Assembly (NCBI GenBank): GCA_021791395.1
Contig: JAJYWR010000013.1
Location: 21,384-85,383, forward strand
Reading direction: 5' to 3'
From: a bacterium
GTDB lineage: Bacteria; Patescibacteriota; Minisyncoccia; UBA6257; GWB1-50-10
Length of the DNA: 64,000 nt
In this document: in pieces, positions 1 to 7,661 of the stretch
Layout: every line of letters starts with the position of its first letter
Numbering within the stretch: position 1 is the stretch's first letter
Position numbers and translations under genes: made by a program
The notes under the pieces: generated by a model
Databases searched by the model: none
What the model was told of the DNA's origin: nothing
The model's input: the letters and a program-made list of their open reading frames with translations, nothing else

Positions 1-96
1 CCCTTTATGAATTTTGATAATTCTTCGTGGTCTATGAGTATTAGATTAACACACTTGTAACAAGAGTGCCTGGAAAACGTAGTATCATTATCATCT

Positions 97-597
97 ATGA
101 AGAAAATCTTACTCACCGTTTCCCTCTTCCTTATCTTTGGGATATACGTTCTTTTGTCGCGCCCCTCGCCGGCGAACCAGCAAGTTGCCGCCACAACCCC
201 GGAATCTTCCGCGACTACTCCCCTTTCGCGGAAGAAAAATCCCGCTTCTTCGGCAACCGCGCCGACAACCGCCCAATCTCCGATGCCGATGCCCCAGATG
301 CGCATGGGAATGGGAACATATAAAGACGGTACCTACACCGGAAGCGTTGCAAACGCTTTCTTCGGCAACGTGCAAGTTCAAGCAACCATAAGCGGCGGAA
401 AGATCACCGACGTTCAATTTCTCCAATACCCGAACGACCGGTCATACTCGCAGTACGTGAACAGCCAGGCGATGCCATACCTGACCCAAGAAGCGATCCA
501 GGCTCAAAGTTCCAACGTGAACATTGTTTCCGGCGCGACGCAAACGAGCCAAGCGTTCCAACAATCACTCGCCTCAGCCCTTTCTCAAGCTTTATAA
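97..597 (+). CDS. Membrane-anchored/secreted FMN-binding-domain protein
   Basis: N-terminal hydrophobic anchor (KKILLTVSLFLIFGIYVLL) and an Ala/Pro/Ser/Thr-rich linker. FMN_bind-like core follows (GTYTG...GGKITDVQ...VSGATQTSQAFQQSL). Confidence 0.6.
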   Translation: MKKILLTVSLFLIFGIYVLLSRPSPANQQVAATTPESSATTPLSRKKNPASSATAPTTAQSPMPMPQMRMGMGTYKDGTYTGSVANAFFGNVQVQATISGGKITDVQFLQYPNDRSYSQYVNSQAMPYLTQEAIQAQSSNVNIVSGATQTSQAFQQSLASALSQAL

Positions 598-600
598 GAA

Positions 601-1110
601 CTAGCGATTCAACAACCAAATCGCAAAATTCAGGTATCCCGCAAACGTCACCCAGAAGAGATACGGCACGAGGATCCAAGCGGCGGCGCGGGAAATTTTT
701 CCGAATGCCATGATGGTCGCAATGACGGCGAGCCAGAGCGAAACAATTGCGATGAATCCGGGGAACGACGATTGCGACCCAAAGAAAATAATTGACCAAA
801 GAATATTCAAGATGAGCTGGATTACAAAGATACCGATCGCAGTTCTCGTGTTCCCTTTTTCTCGACCTTCCGAAGCCTTTGCGAAGGAGGACCACACAAG
901 GAAGAGTGCAACTCCCGTGAGGAAATATAAAATCGTCCACACGGGGCCGAAAACCCACGCGGGCGGCGTAAGCGCGGGCTTTGCAAGGAATACATACCAC
1001 GTTCCGATGTTCGGCGTTGTGTAGAGGGCACCCAGGACTCCCACGAGCTCACAAATCCCGACACTTACGATGAACCTAATGAAGTTCTTCCCCTTCTCCA
1101 TGTCATTCAT
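601..1110 (-). CDS. tspO: TspO/MBR family tryptophan-rich sensory protein
   Basis: Five-TM, Trp-rich 169 aa protein. Carries family motifs WY..L.KP..TPP.WVFGPVWTILY and YLFWVTFA.YLN. Confidence 0.75.
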   Translation of the reverse strand: MNDMEKGKNFIRFIVSVGICELVGVLGALYTTPNIGTWYVFLAKPALTPPAWVFGPVWTILYFLTGVALFLVWSSFAKASEGREKGNTRTAIGIFVIQLILNILWSIIFFGSQSSFPGFIAIVSLWLAVIATIMAFGKISRAAAWILVPYLFWVTFAGYLNFAIWLLNR

Positions 1111-1285
1111 TTTACCATAATGGATTTACCTCCCGAGTATCGCGTTCGCAGCCCCCGGGGAAACCAAAGTATTGATATACATAATCATACAACAAAATGG
1201 CATACAATCTCCTTTATTGATCATTGATGTATTGAAAATTGAACACCCCTTCCTATTTTTCCTCTATCTGGGTACTATAAGGAAC

Positions 1286-2737
1286 ATGTTGTCAAACGAG
1301 GTTATCCTGCGGTTCAATAAGGTTTCTTTCGAATACGGCCGGAACGTCATCCTCAGCGAGGTTGATTTCTCCGTACGGCAGGGATCAAAGGTGACCCTCA
1401 TGGGCCAGAACGGGGCCGGCAAATCGACCATCTTTGGACTCATTACCGGTGATTTGACTCCGGAGTCCGGAACCCTGAGTGTCGGGAACGGCCTTTCCAT
1501 TGCGACCGCGAGACAAGTCATTCCGAGGGATCAAATGGACATGACGGTTCGGGAGTTTTTTGAAAGCGTGTTTCCGAAGAAAATCTACGACATCGAGCCG
1601 CGCATCGATAAAATTTTGGACGTGGTCCATCTCTCGGCCCCGCAGGACCGGGAACTCAAAACGTTCTCCGGCGGCCAACAGGCCCGCCTTCTCCTCGCCC
1701 AGGCCCTCATCCAAAATCCGGACATCCTTCTCCTCGACGAGCCGACGAATAACCTCGACAAGGCCGGTATCGCCCATTTGACCCAATTCCTCATTGACTA
1801 CCAAAAGACCTGCATCGTCATCTCGCACGACGCCGACTTCCTAAACTCCTTCACCCACGGCGTGCTCTACCTCGACGTCTTTACCCACAAGGTTGAGCAA
1901 TATACCGGCGACTACTTCGACGTCGTGAAGGACATCGAAGCGCGCCTGGAGCGCGAGCGGATGAAGAACGCGCGGCTCTTGAAAGACATCGAGAACCGAA
2001 AAAATCAGGCAAATTTCTTCGCCCAGAAGGGCGGCCATATGCGCGACGTCGCGAAAAAGATGAACGAAAAGATCGAGGAGCTCTCCGAAGAGATCGTGGA
2101 ACTCCGCCAAGAAGACAAAACCATCCGGAAATTCGGCATCCCCTGTGAGCCCGATCTGCCGACCCCGATCCTCGAACTCAAATCCGTCTCGGTCGTGAAG
2201 GATCATAAGGCGGTCGCGAAAAAAGTGCATATCATATTGAAAAAGAAAGAACGCCTGCTCCTCGCGGGTCCGAACGGCATCGGAAAAACGACACTCTTGA
2301 ATTCACTCGCCGCGGGCCACGTGAAGGGAGAGCATATCGCCCCCGGCGTCCGCGTGAGCTACTATCGCCAGGATTTCTCGACACTGGATTTCGAGAAAAC
2401 CGTCCACCAGACCCTCTCGGATGCGAGCCGCGACAAGACGGAAGAAGAGATTCGATCCCGTGCCGCCGGATTCCTCTTGGACAGTGACATTATGAAACTC
2501 AAAGTCGGTTCTCTCTCTGAGGGCCAGAAAGGCCTCGTCGCCTTCGCGAAGATCACCCTTGAAGAGCCGGGGCTTTTGATCCTCGACGAGCCGACGAACC
2601 ACATCAACTTCCGCCACATCCCCGTGATCGCTGAAGCCCTTGACCGCTACGAAGGAGCAATGATCCTCGTCTCCCACGTCCCCGATTTCGTAAAGCAGAT
2701 CAGGATCGACCAGACCCTGGACCTCGCCGCGCTGTAG
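1286..2737 (+). CDS. ABC-F family ATPase (two ABC domains, no TM domain)
   Basis: Two Walker A sites (GQNGAGKST, GPNGIGKTT), two signature motifs (FSGGQQARL, LSEGQKGLV), Walker B (LLLDEPTN, LILDEPTN) and a charged inter-domain linker. Start moved to the ATG at 1286 (MLSNEVILRF). Confidence 0.8.
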   Translation: MLSNEVILRFNKVSFEYGRNVILSEVDFSVRQGSKVTLMGQNGAGKSTIFGLITGDLTPESGTLSVGNGLSIATARQVIPRDQMDMTVREFFESVFPKKIYDIEPRIDKILDVVHLSAPQDRELKTFSGGQQARLLLAQALIQNPDILLLDEPTNNLDKAGIAHLTQFLIDYQKTCIVISHDADFLNSFTHGVLYLDVFTHKVEQYTGDYFDVVKDIEARLERERMKNARLLKDIENRKNQANFFAQKGGHMRDVAKKMNEKIEELSEEIVELRQEDKTIRKFGIPCEPDLPTPILELKSVSVVKDHKAVAKKVHIILKKKERLLLAGPNGIGKTTLLNSLAAGHVKGEHIAPGVRVSYYRQDFSTLDFEKTVHQTLSDASRDKTEEEIRSRAAGFLLDSDIMKLKVGSLSEGQKGLVAFAKITLEEPGLLILDEPTNHINFRHIPVIAEALDRYEGAMILVSHVPDFVKQIRIDQTLDLAAL

Positions 2738-2765
2738 CAAAAAAGATGGCCCCCGGTGCGGCTCT

Positions 2766-3140
2766 TTAATTCTCCCTCTCCTTCCCGACTGAAAAGAGGT
2801 TTCGTTTCATTTCCTCCTGTTTCTCTTTCAATTCTTCCAGCAAACCCTCCAGCATTTTCTTACCCTCCTCCTGGGCGTCCCGAAAGGCCTCAAATTCCCT
2901 GACTTCCTCTTCCGTTTTATCGAGTGTTTTCATGAACTCATCAATGGCGCCGGTATCGCCGGCCGCTTTTCTCACCTCCCAATCTTTCAGGAGGCGGTTC
3001 AGCCGGTCAATAATGTCCTTGCCCATCGCTTCCAACCGCTCATTGGTCTTCAGAATCATTTCATTGAGGGCACCCATGCGTTCATCGAGCGTCATGGCAT
3101 CTTTCTCCGGGCTTTTCGATTTCACGTCAAAATGTTCCAT
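2766..3140 (-). CDS. Hypothetical coiled-coil protein
   Basis: 124 aa, Glu/Lys-rich with heptad-like sequence. No recognisable domain. Confidence 0.45.
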   Translation of the reverse strand: MEHFDVKSKSPEKDAMTLDERMGALNEMILKTNERLEAMGKDIIDRLNRLLKDWEVRKAAGDTGAIDEFMKTLDKTEEEVREFEAFRDAQEEGKKMLEGLLEELKEKQEEMKRNLFSVGKEREN

Positions 3141-3154
3141 ACTTTTATTATACC

Positions 3155-3532
3155 CTACCCCCTATTCTCTAACCTATCGATCTCCTCGTCCGTCATGCCG
3201 AAATGATGCGCGATCTCGTGCCGGACGGTTTCCGCGACGACATCCGGAACGTTCTCCAGGACTCCCGCTTCCGCGAGAATCGGCAGCCGGAAAATGGTGA
3301 TCCGGTCGGGAAATTCGCGATAGGCGCTCTCCACGGGCGGGACTCCCTCGTAGAGGCCGAGAAGCGTTTCACCCCGCTCACGCCTCAGCCCCACGCGCGC
3401 GAGTTCTTCATCCGACGGCTCATCCGCCACTATGACGGCAAGATTGTCGATCTTCTCCCGAAATTTTTTCGGGATCCGGTCCATTCCCTCCGCCACTAGC
3501 TTTTCGAATTCATCCGGTGTTATCGTTTCCAT
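3155..3532 (-). CDS. Small zincin-like metallopeptidase family protein
   Basis: 125 aa with a C-terminal HEIAHHFG (HExxH) motif. Layout is typical of the small putative Zn-protease family. Confidence 0.6.
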   Translation of the reverse strand: METITPDEFEKLVAEGMDRIPKKFREKIDNLAVIVADEPSDEELARVGLRRERGETLLGLYEGVPPVESAYREFPDRITIFRLPILAEAGVLENVPDVVAETVRHEIAHHFGMTDEEIDRLENRG

Positions 3533-3584
3533 TTATTTTTTTCTTCTTTTATCCATTCTACCGCCACCCTGCCGCCACCTGTTA

Positions 3585-3655
3585 GTTATCCACAAATTTT
3601 AGGCCCCCGGGGGGCCTCAATTTTTGAAGGAGAGCGGGGGGGCCGAAATTGAGCG
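3585..3655. repeat. Dispersed repeat family B, locus A (DnaA-box-like head TTATCCACA plus unit CAATTTTTGAAGGAGAGCGGGGGGGCC)
   Basis: Sequence gttatccacaaattttaggcccccggggggcctcaatttttgaaggagagcgggggggccgaaattgagcggcgg. Related copies lie at 4901-5005, 13441-13550 and 33238-33315. Confidence 0.7.
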
Positions 3656-4539
3656 GCGGTTTTGTTTTTCTTGATTTTTGCAATATCATCCACCGTGATC
3701 CATGCGGACATCGCCCCGAATCCCGCCTTGTCGATCTCAAACGGCTCTGTCGCCCGCGGATCTTTCTTCCCAATCGCATAGGCGAGTTTCACGCGCACTT
3801 TTTCCGCATTGAATTTTTCGAGATAATCGACGGCAATTCGCCGTGCCATATAGGCACCACTCCGATCCACTTTCGTGTAATCCTTCCCCGAAAATGATCC
3901 GCCGCCCACGCCGATTTCCGGCCCATAGTTATCGATCACAATCTTCCTCCCCGAGAGACCTGAGTCGGCTTCGAATCCGCCGACCGGCCATTCCCCCGCC
4001 GGATTTATCAGATACTCGTCCGCCCGGATGATTTCCCGAACCAACTTTTCAAGTTCCAGCGTCTTCGTATTTTGGAAACTTGCGACCACGACTTTCGCTT
4101 TGCCGTCTTCGACCGTGACCTGCGTCTTGCCGTCGTACGGGTATTTCTCGTATATCTTCCGGCACAGGTCGCGCGCAAGCTCGTATTCCAAGGGCATGTA
4201 GCTCTTCGTCTCCCGCGTCGCATACCCCATCATAATCCCCTGATCCCCCGCACCGCCGGCGTCGACGCCTCGGCCGATATACCGGCTCTGCTTCGCGACG
4301 AACGTCCGAACTTCGTAGTTCTGTCCGACGAGACCCTTCACGATATTCACGATATCGACATCCGCATTGCTTGTCACTTCTCCCGAAATGGTTATTTGCC
4401 CATGGCCGCCGACCGCTTCCAGGGCGACGCGGCTCGCGGGATCCTTCTTCACGTACTCATCGAGAAGCGTGTCGACCAAAACGTCGCACATCTTGTCCGG
4501 ATGCTTCGGCGACACGAACTCGGCTGTTTTAATATTCAT
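3586..4539 (-). CDS. metK: S-adenosylmethionine synthetase (short form)
   Basis: Motifs SPKHPDKMCD, GAGDQGIMMGYA and GGGSFSGKDYTKVDRSGAYMAR. Start set at MNIKTAEF (ATG 4539), downstream of the riboswitch. The last ~20 codons run into a dispersed repeat. Confidence 0.85.
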   Translation of the reverse strand: MNIKTAEFVSPKHPDKMCDVLVDTLLDEYVKKDPASRVALEAVGGHGQITISGEVTSNADVDIVNIVKGLVGQNYEVRTFVAKQSRYIGRGVDAGGAGDQGIMMGYATRETKSYMPLEYELARDLCRKIYEKYPYDGKTQVTVEDGKAKVVVASFQNTKTLELEKLVREIIRADEYLINPAGEWPVGGFEADSGLSGRKIVIDNYGPEIGVGGGSFSGKDYTKVDRSGAYMARRIAVDYLEKFNAEKVRVKLAYAIGKKDPRATEPFEIDKAGFGAMSAWITVDDIAKIKKNKTAAQFRPPRSPSKIEAPRGPKICG

Positions 4540-4565
4540 CGTTTTATTTGTTTTTAATGGCAACC

Positions 4566-4712
4566 GAAAAAGAAAATACTCTTCCCACAAAGAAGAGTCA
4601 GCAATTCGACCTTTATCTTCCCCCTTGCGGGCTGGATGTGGCACTTGCTCCTTTCGGATGAGTTGCCGGACGGATCACAGAGCCAGAACTCTCCCCGTCG
4701 CTCTCGATAAAC
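4566..4712 (-). promoter_or_regulatory. SAM-I (S-box) riboswitch with intrinsic terminator, leader of metK
   Basis: Minus-strand RNA reads UUUAUCGAGAG..GGGGAGAG..CUGGCUCUGUGA..GGCAAC...GUGCCACAUCCAGCCCGCAAGGGGGGAAGAUAAA. It shows P1 UUUAUC/GAUAAA and the GGCAAC and GUGC.A.AUCCAGC boxes. Hairpin ACUCUUC-UUUGUGG-GAAGAGU plus AUUUUCUUUUU follows (4566-4598). Confidence 0.8.
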
Positions 4713-4900
4713 TTATTCGGTTGTGTTTTTATGCTATCATTTTTTCCCTCTTTTTGAAAGCCCATACACTTTGCCTCTAAGTGTGCGGGCAAGCCACCAC
4801 TTTTTGAAAAACGGCATGGTTAAGGTTGAGAGCATGAGGGAAGAAGAAAGATCATCCATGATATTCCTCAAATTCTACCGCTTCCCGCCGGGCTTGAAAA

Positions 4901-5005
4901 GTTATCCCCAAAATATTCGGCCCCCCGCTCTCCTTCAAAAATTGAGGGTCCCCCGGAGGCCTTTAAAAATTAAAGGCCTCCGGTGGAAGGCTAAATCTGG
5001 GGATG
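4901..5005. repeat. Dispersed repeat family B, locus B (reverse unit) plus 13-bp-stem palindrome
   Basis: Sequence gttatccccaaaatattcggccccccgctctccttcaaaaattgagg, then the perfect palindrome ccggaggcctttaaaaattaaaggcctccgg (4953-4983). Confidence 0.7.
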
Positions 5006-5015
5006 GGTCGCGGAA

Positions 5016-5447
5016 CTACTTGAGGAGCGGCCAGAACCGCAAGAGCTTTCCACAGATCTCCCGGAAGCGTTCTTTATCTACGCCGTAGCGCTCCGCGATG
5101 TCGTCGAGCTTGAAAAGCTTCGCGGGGTTCCGCACCTCGCGGATTGTTTTCTCCGCTCCCGCTTGTTTCCCCGTCGTCACGAAAAAGAGCCACCGCAAAC
5201 TGTACTTCGGGAACATATAGAGCGATCCCCACGCGAACTGCCACGGAGAAAGCGGGAAAACGAGTTCTTGGTGGCCGGACCACCGCCCCCGCGTGTACGT
5301 ATAGACGATGTCCGAAAGTTCGCTCCACCGTGCGATGAATCCCTTCGCTTCTTCGTACTCTTTAATCTCATCCGCCATATCCTGCTTATGCCACGCGAGA
5401 TCGTGCTTTTGCATGCCGAGGAGACCGTGCCACCAATTGAAAACCAT
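5016..5447 (-). CDS. Hypothetical protein
   Basis: 143 aa Trp-rich ORF with no recognised domain. It is the longest ORF at this locus. Confidence 0.45.
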   Translation of the reverse strand: MVFNWWHGLLGMQKHDLAWHKQDMADEIKEYEEAKGFIARWSELSDIVYTYTRGRWSGHQELVFPLSPWQFAWGSLYMFPKYSLRWLFFVTTGKQAGAEKTIREVRNPAKLFKLDDIAERYGVDKERFREICGKLLRFWPLLK

Positions 5448-5518
5448 ATCCTCGATTTTAGTGCATCTTCCTGATTTGGGCGAGCGGGGTATCTCCCCTT
5501 GCGTTCCTTCTTGACTGA

Positions 5519-5548
5519 CCTCCGGGGCGCCTCCGGGTGCCCCGGAGG
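5519..5548. repeat. Palindromic hairpin family A copy (CCTCCGGGGC-loop-GCCCCGGAGG)
   Basis: 30 nt, cctccggggcgcctccgggtgccccggagg, identical to the copy at 6027-6056. Further GC-rich inverted repeats follow to ~5615. Confidence 0.8.
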
Positions 5549-5670
5549 ACTATAAATGCGGGGACTCCCGGTGCGACCTGCCTGCACGGGCAGGAGCCCC
5601 CCGGGAGTCCGCTCCCAAAAGGAAAAAGGGCAGTCGCAAAGACATGCCCCGTTTTTTTATCATCTCCTTT

Positions 5671-5919
5671 TTATCCCTCAAATTCGTTAAAAAATTCCCT
5701 GTCCTCCCTGATCGCGGATACTCGGGCAATGACCCCGAATACCGAGAACCAGAACGCGACGACGAGACCGAAGATCCTGACGTCGAACGTTAGCGATTTC
5801 GCCATAATCATCATTAAGACGATCACCGCGCAGATTGTGAACAAGATCACGGATACCCTCCGCAGCCGGTTCGCCTTCTCGATGTGCCCGAGGACTTTTT
5901 CAAGTCTCTTACCTTTCAT
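5671..5919 (-). CDS. Small two-TM membrane protein
   Basis: 82 aa with two hydrophobic helices. A strong GGAGG lies 4 nt upstream of the ATG. Confidence 0.5.
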   Translation of the reverse strand: MKGKRLEKVLGHIEKANRLRRVSVILFTICAVIVLMMIMAKSLTFDVRIFGLVVAFWFSVFGVIARVSAIREDREFFNEFEG

Positions 5920-6026
5920 GTTGCCTCCGAATTTTATGGAAAATATAAAAAAAATAGAATTACTGTCGCCTATTTTGACATATTTCCCATGTTTATGTCA
6001 ATGGCCTCTGAGGGCGAAAGCGCTAA

Positions 6027-6056
6027 CCTCCGGGGCGCCTCCGGGTGCCCCGGAGG
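6027..6056. repeat. Palindromic hairpin family A copy
   Basis: Identical 30-mer, ~10 nt downstream of the stop of the permease gene (6067). Confidence 0.8.
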
Positions 6057-6066
6057 AATCAGCTCG

Positions 6067-7029
6067 CTATTTCAAAATGGCGTTGAAGAGGTAGCCGGTC
6101 AGGATGATGCCGACTCCGACGACGGAAGCAAAGATGACGATGAGGCGCGTCTTCATCACCTTCTTCAGGATCATGAATTCCGGAAGCGACAAGGCGGTCA
6201 CCGACATCATGAACGCCAAAGTCGTTCCCATCGCGACTCCCTTCTCCGTCAGGGCCGAGACGAGCGGAATCACGCCCGCAGCATTCGAATAGAGCGGGAT
6301 GCCGATCAAGACGGCCAAGGGCACCGCGTACCACTTGTCGGGGCCGGCGTACCGGGCAAGAAAATCCATCGGAATGTAGCCGTGGATCCAGGCGCCGACG
6401 CCGACGCCGATCAGAATATACAGCCACACTCTTTTTATAATATCTACCGTATATCCCCCGGCATATTGCATCCTGTCCCGCCACGCCATTTTCGCGCCTT
6501 CATACGCAGCCGAAAGCTTATGTTCGAAGACGAACGGCTCCACGAGTCTTTCGGGTTTCAGCTTGCCGATGACGATGCCGGATACGACGGCAATCACGAG
6601 TCCGCTCCCGATGTAGATCGCCGCGATCTGCCAGCCGAAAAGACCCACAAGCATCACGAGCGCGACTTCGTTTATCATCGGCGAGGCGACGAGGAACGAG
6701 AATGTGACGCCCAAGGGGACCCCGGCTTCCACGAACCCGAGGAAGAGTGGGATCGCCGAGCAGGAGCAGAAGGGCGTCACGATGCCGAGGAGTGAAGCGA
6801 GGATATTGCCGAGATACGCCCGCTTGCGGGAAAGAATCATTCGAACCTTTTCCGCAGGAAGAAAGGAACGGATGGTGGAAACCGCGAAAATGATGACGGC
6901 GAGGAGGATGAAGATCTTCGTCGTGTCGAAAACGAAAAAATCGATGGCACTCCCGAGGAGTGACTGCGGCGCGATGCGGAAGAGGCCGTAGGTCAGCCAA
7001 TCGGCTAAAAGCTGGAGCGGAGCGAACAT
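6067..7029 (-). CDS. Permease (ArsP/DUF318-like predicted permease family)
   Basis: 320 aa polytopic membrane protein with a TPFCSCSAIP motif. Sits in an operon with a thioredoxin-like protein and ArsR, the usual context for this family. Confidence 0.7.
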   Translation of the reverse strand: MFAPLQLLADWLTYGLFRIAPQSLLGSAIDFFVFDTTKIFILLAVIIFAVSTIRSFLPAEKVRMILSRKRAYLGNILASLLGIVTPFCSCSAIPLFLGFVEAGVPLGVTFSFLVASPMINEVALVMLVGLFGWQIAAIYIGSGLVIAVVSGIVIGKLKPERLVEPFVFEHKLSAAYEGAKMAWRDRMQYAGGYTVDIIKRVWLYILIGVGVGAWIHGYIPMDFLARYAGPDKWYAVPLAVLIGIPLYSNAAGVIPLVSALTEKGVAMGTTLAFMMSVTALSLPEFMILKKVMKTRLIVIFASVVGVGIILTGYLFNAILK

Positions 7030-7030
7030 A

Positions 7031-7273
7031 CTACGGGATGTTTTTAATGATCGCTTCTTTCACCTTTTTGACGTCGGGGACGAACCCCACGAGGGCGGGC
7101 TTCCCGTCAATCGCGAGGACGGGGCTCTGCATGAGGCCCATTGCGACGATCTTCCGAACGTCCGTCACATATTCGACTTCCGTGCCGAGCTTCAATTCCT
7201 CGACTGCCTGCTTCGTCAGATTAAACAGCTTCTCACACGTCGGGCACCCCGATCCCAAAACTTGAATGATCAT
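7031..7273 (-). CDS. Thioredoxin-fold redox-active disulfide protein (MTH895/ArsE-like)
   Basis: 80 aa starting MIIQVLGSGCPTCEKL, with a CxxC near the N-terminus and ...SPVLAIDGK.... Confidence 0.75.
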   Translation of the reverse strand: MIIQVLGSGCPTCEKLFNLTKQAVEELKLGTEVEYVTDVRKIVAMGLMQSPVLAIDGKPALVGFVPDVKKVKEAIIKNIP

Positions 7274-7275
7274 GG

Positions 7276-7626
7276 CTATAACAATTGTTTAGCACTCGTG
7301 ACGAGCTTCCGGCCTTTGTCGGTCAAATGGTATTCGATGAACGTCCCCTTCCGCTCGCTCGCCACCAGCTTCTGTTTCGAGAAATCGATCAGGTGGTGCG
7401 AAATGAGCGTCTGGGAAAGCCCGGTGTGCTTTTCGAGATCGCACACGCAGTGGGGCATTTTTTGGAGCGTGAAGAGGATGGCGAGTTTTGCCGGCACGGA
7501 AATGGCTTTGAGTTTCTTGAAATATTCGGAGGTTGGAGAAAAATCCCTCTGATTCAGCTCTGGCACCTTGCAGGAGCAGCCAATCGTCTTATTTCTATAT
7601 GAACGCATATTCATATAGTATCCCAT
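7276..7626 (-). CDS. ArsR/SmtB family transcriptional regulator
   Basis: Winged-HTH core LKAISVPAKLAILFTL...CVCDLEKHTGLSQTLISHHL. First gene of the three-gene operon. Confidence 0.75.
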   Translation of the reverse strand: MGYYMNMRSYRNKTIGCSCKVPELNQRDFSPTSEYFKKLKAISVPAKLAILFTLQKMPHCVCDLEKHTGLSQTLISHHLIDFSKQKLVASERKGTFIEYHLTDKGRKLVTSAKQLL

Positions 7627-7661
7627 GCACCCAGAAAGTCAAATGCCGCCCCGGAGGTTGA

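Noticed and set aside
3586-3594. Possible replication origin, because of the perfect DnaA box TTATCCACA and related 9-mers at 4902, 13540 and 33241.
   Set aside because: The boxes are single, tens of kb apart, and embedded in a dispersed repeat. There is no cluster of boxes, no AT-rich unwinding element, and no dnaA or dnaN nearby.
4723-5088. 121-aa plus-strand ORF in the metK upstream region, and the 61-aa ORF at 28158-28343.
   Set aside because: The first is largely a translation of repeat family B, and the second lies in an intergenic leader. Neither has an RBS/promoter context or any recognisable domain.
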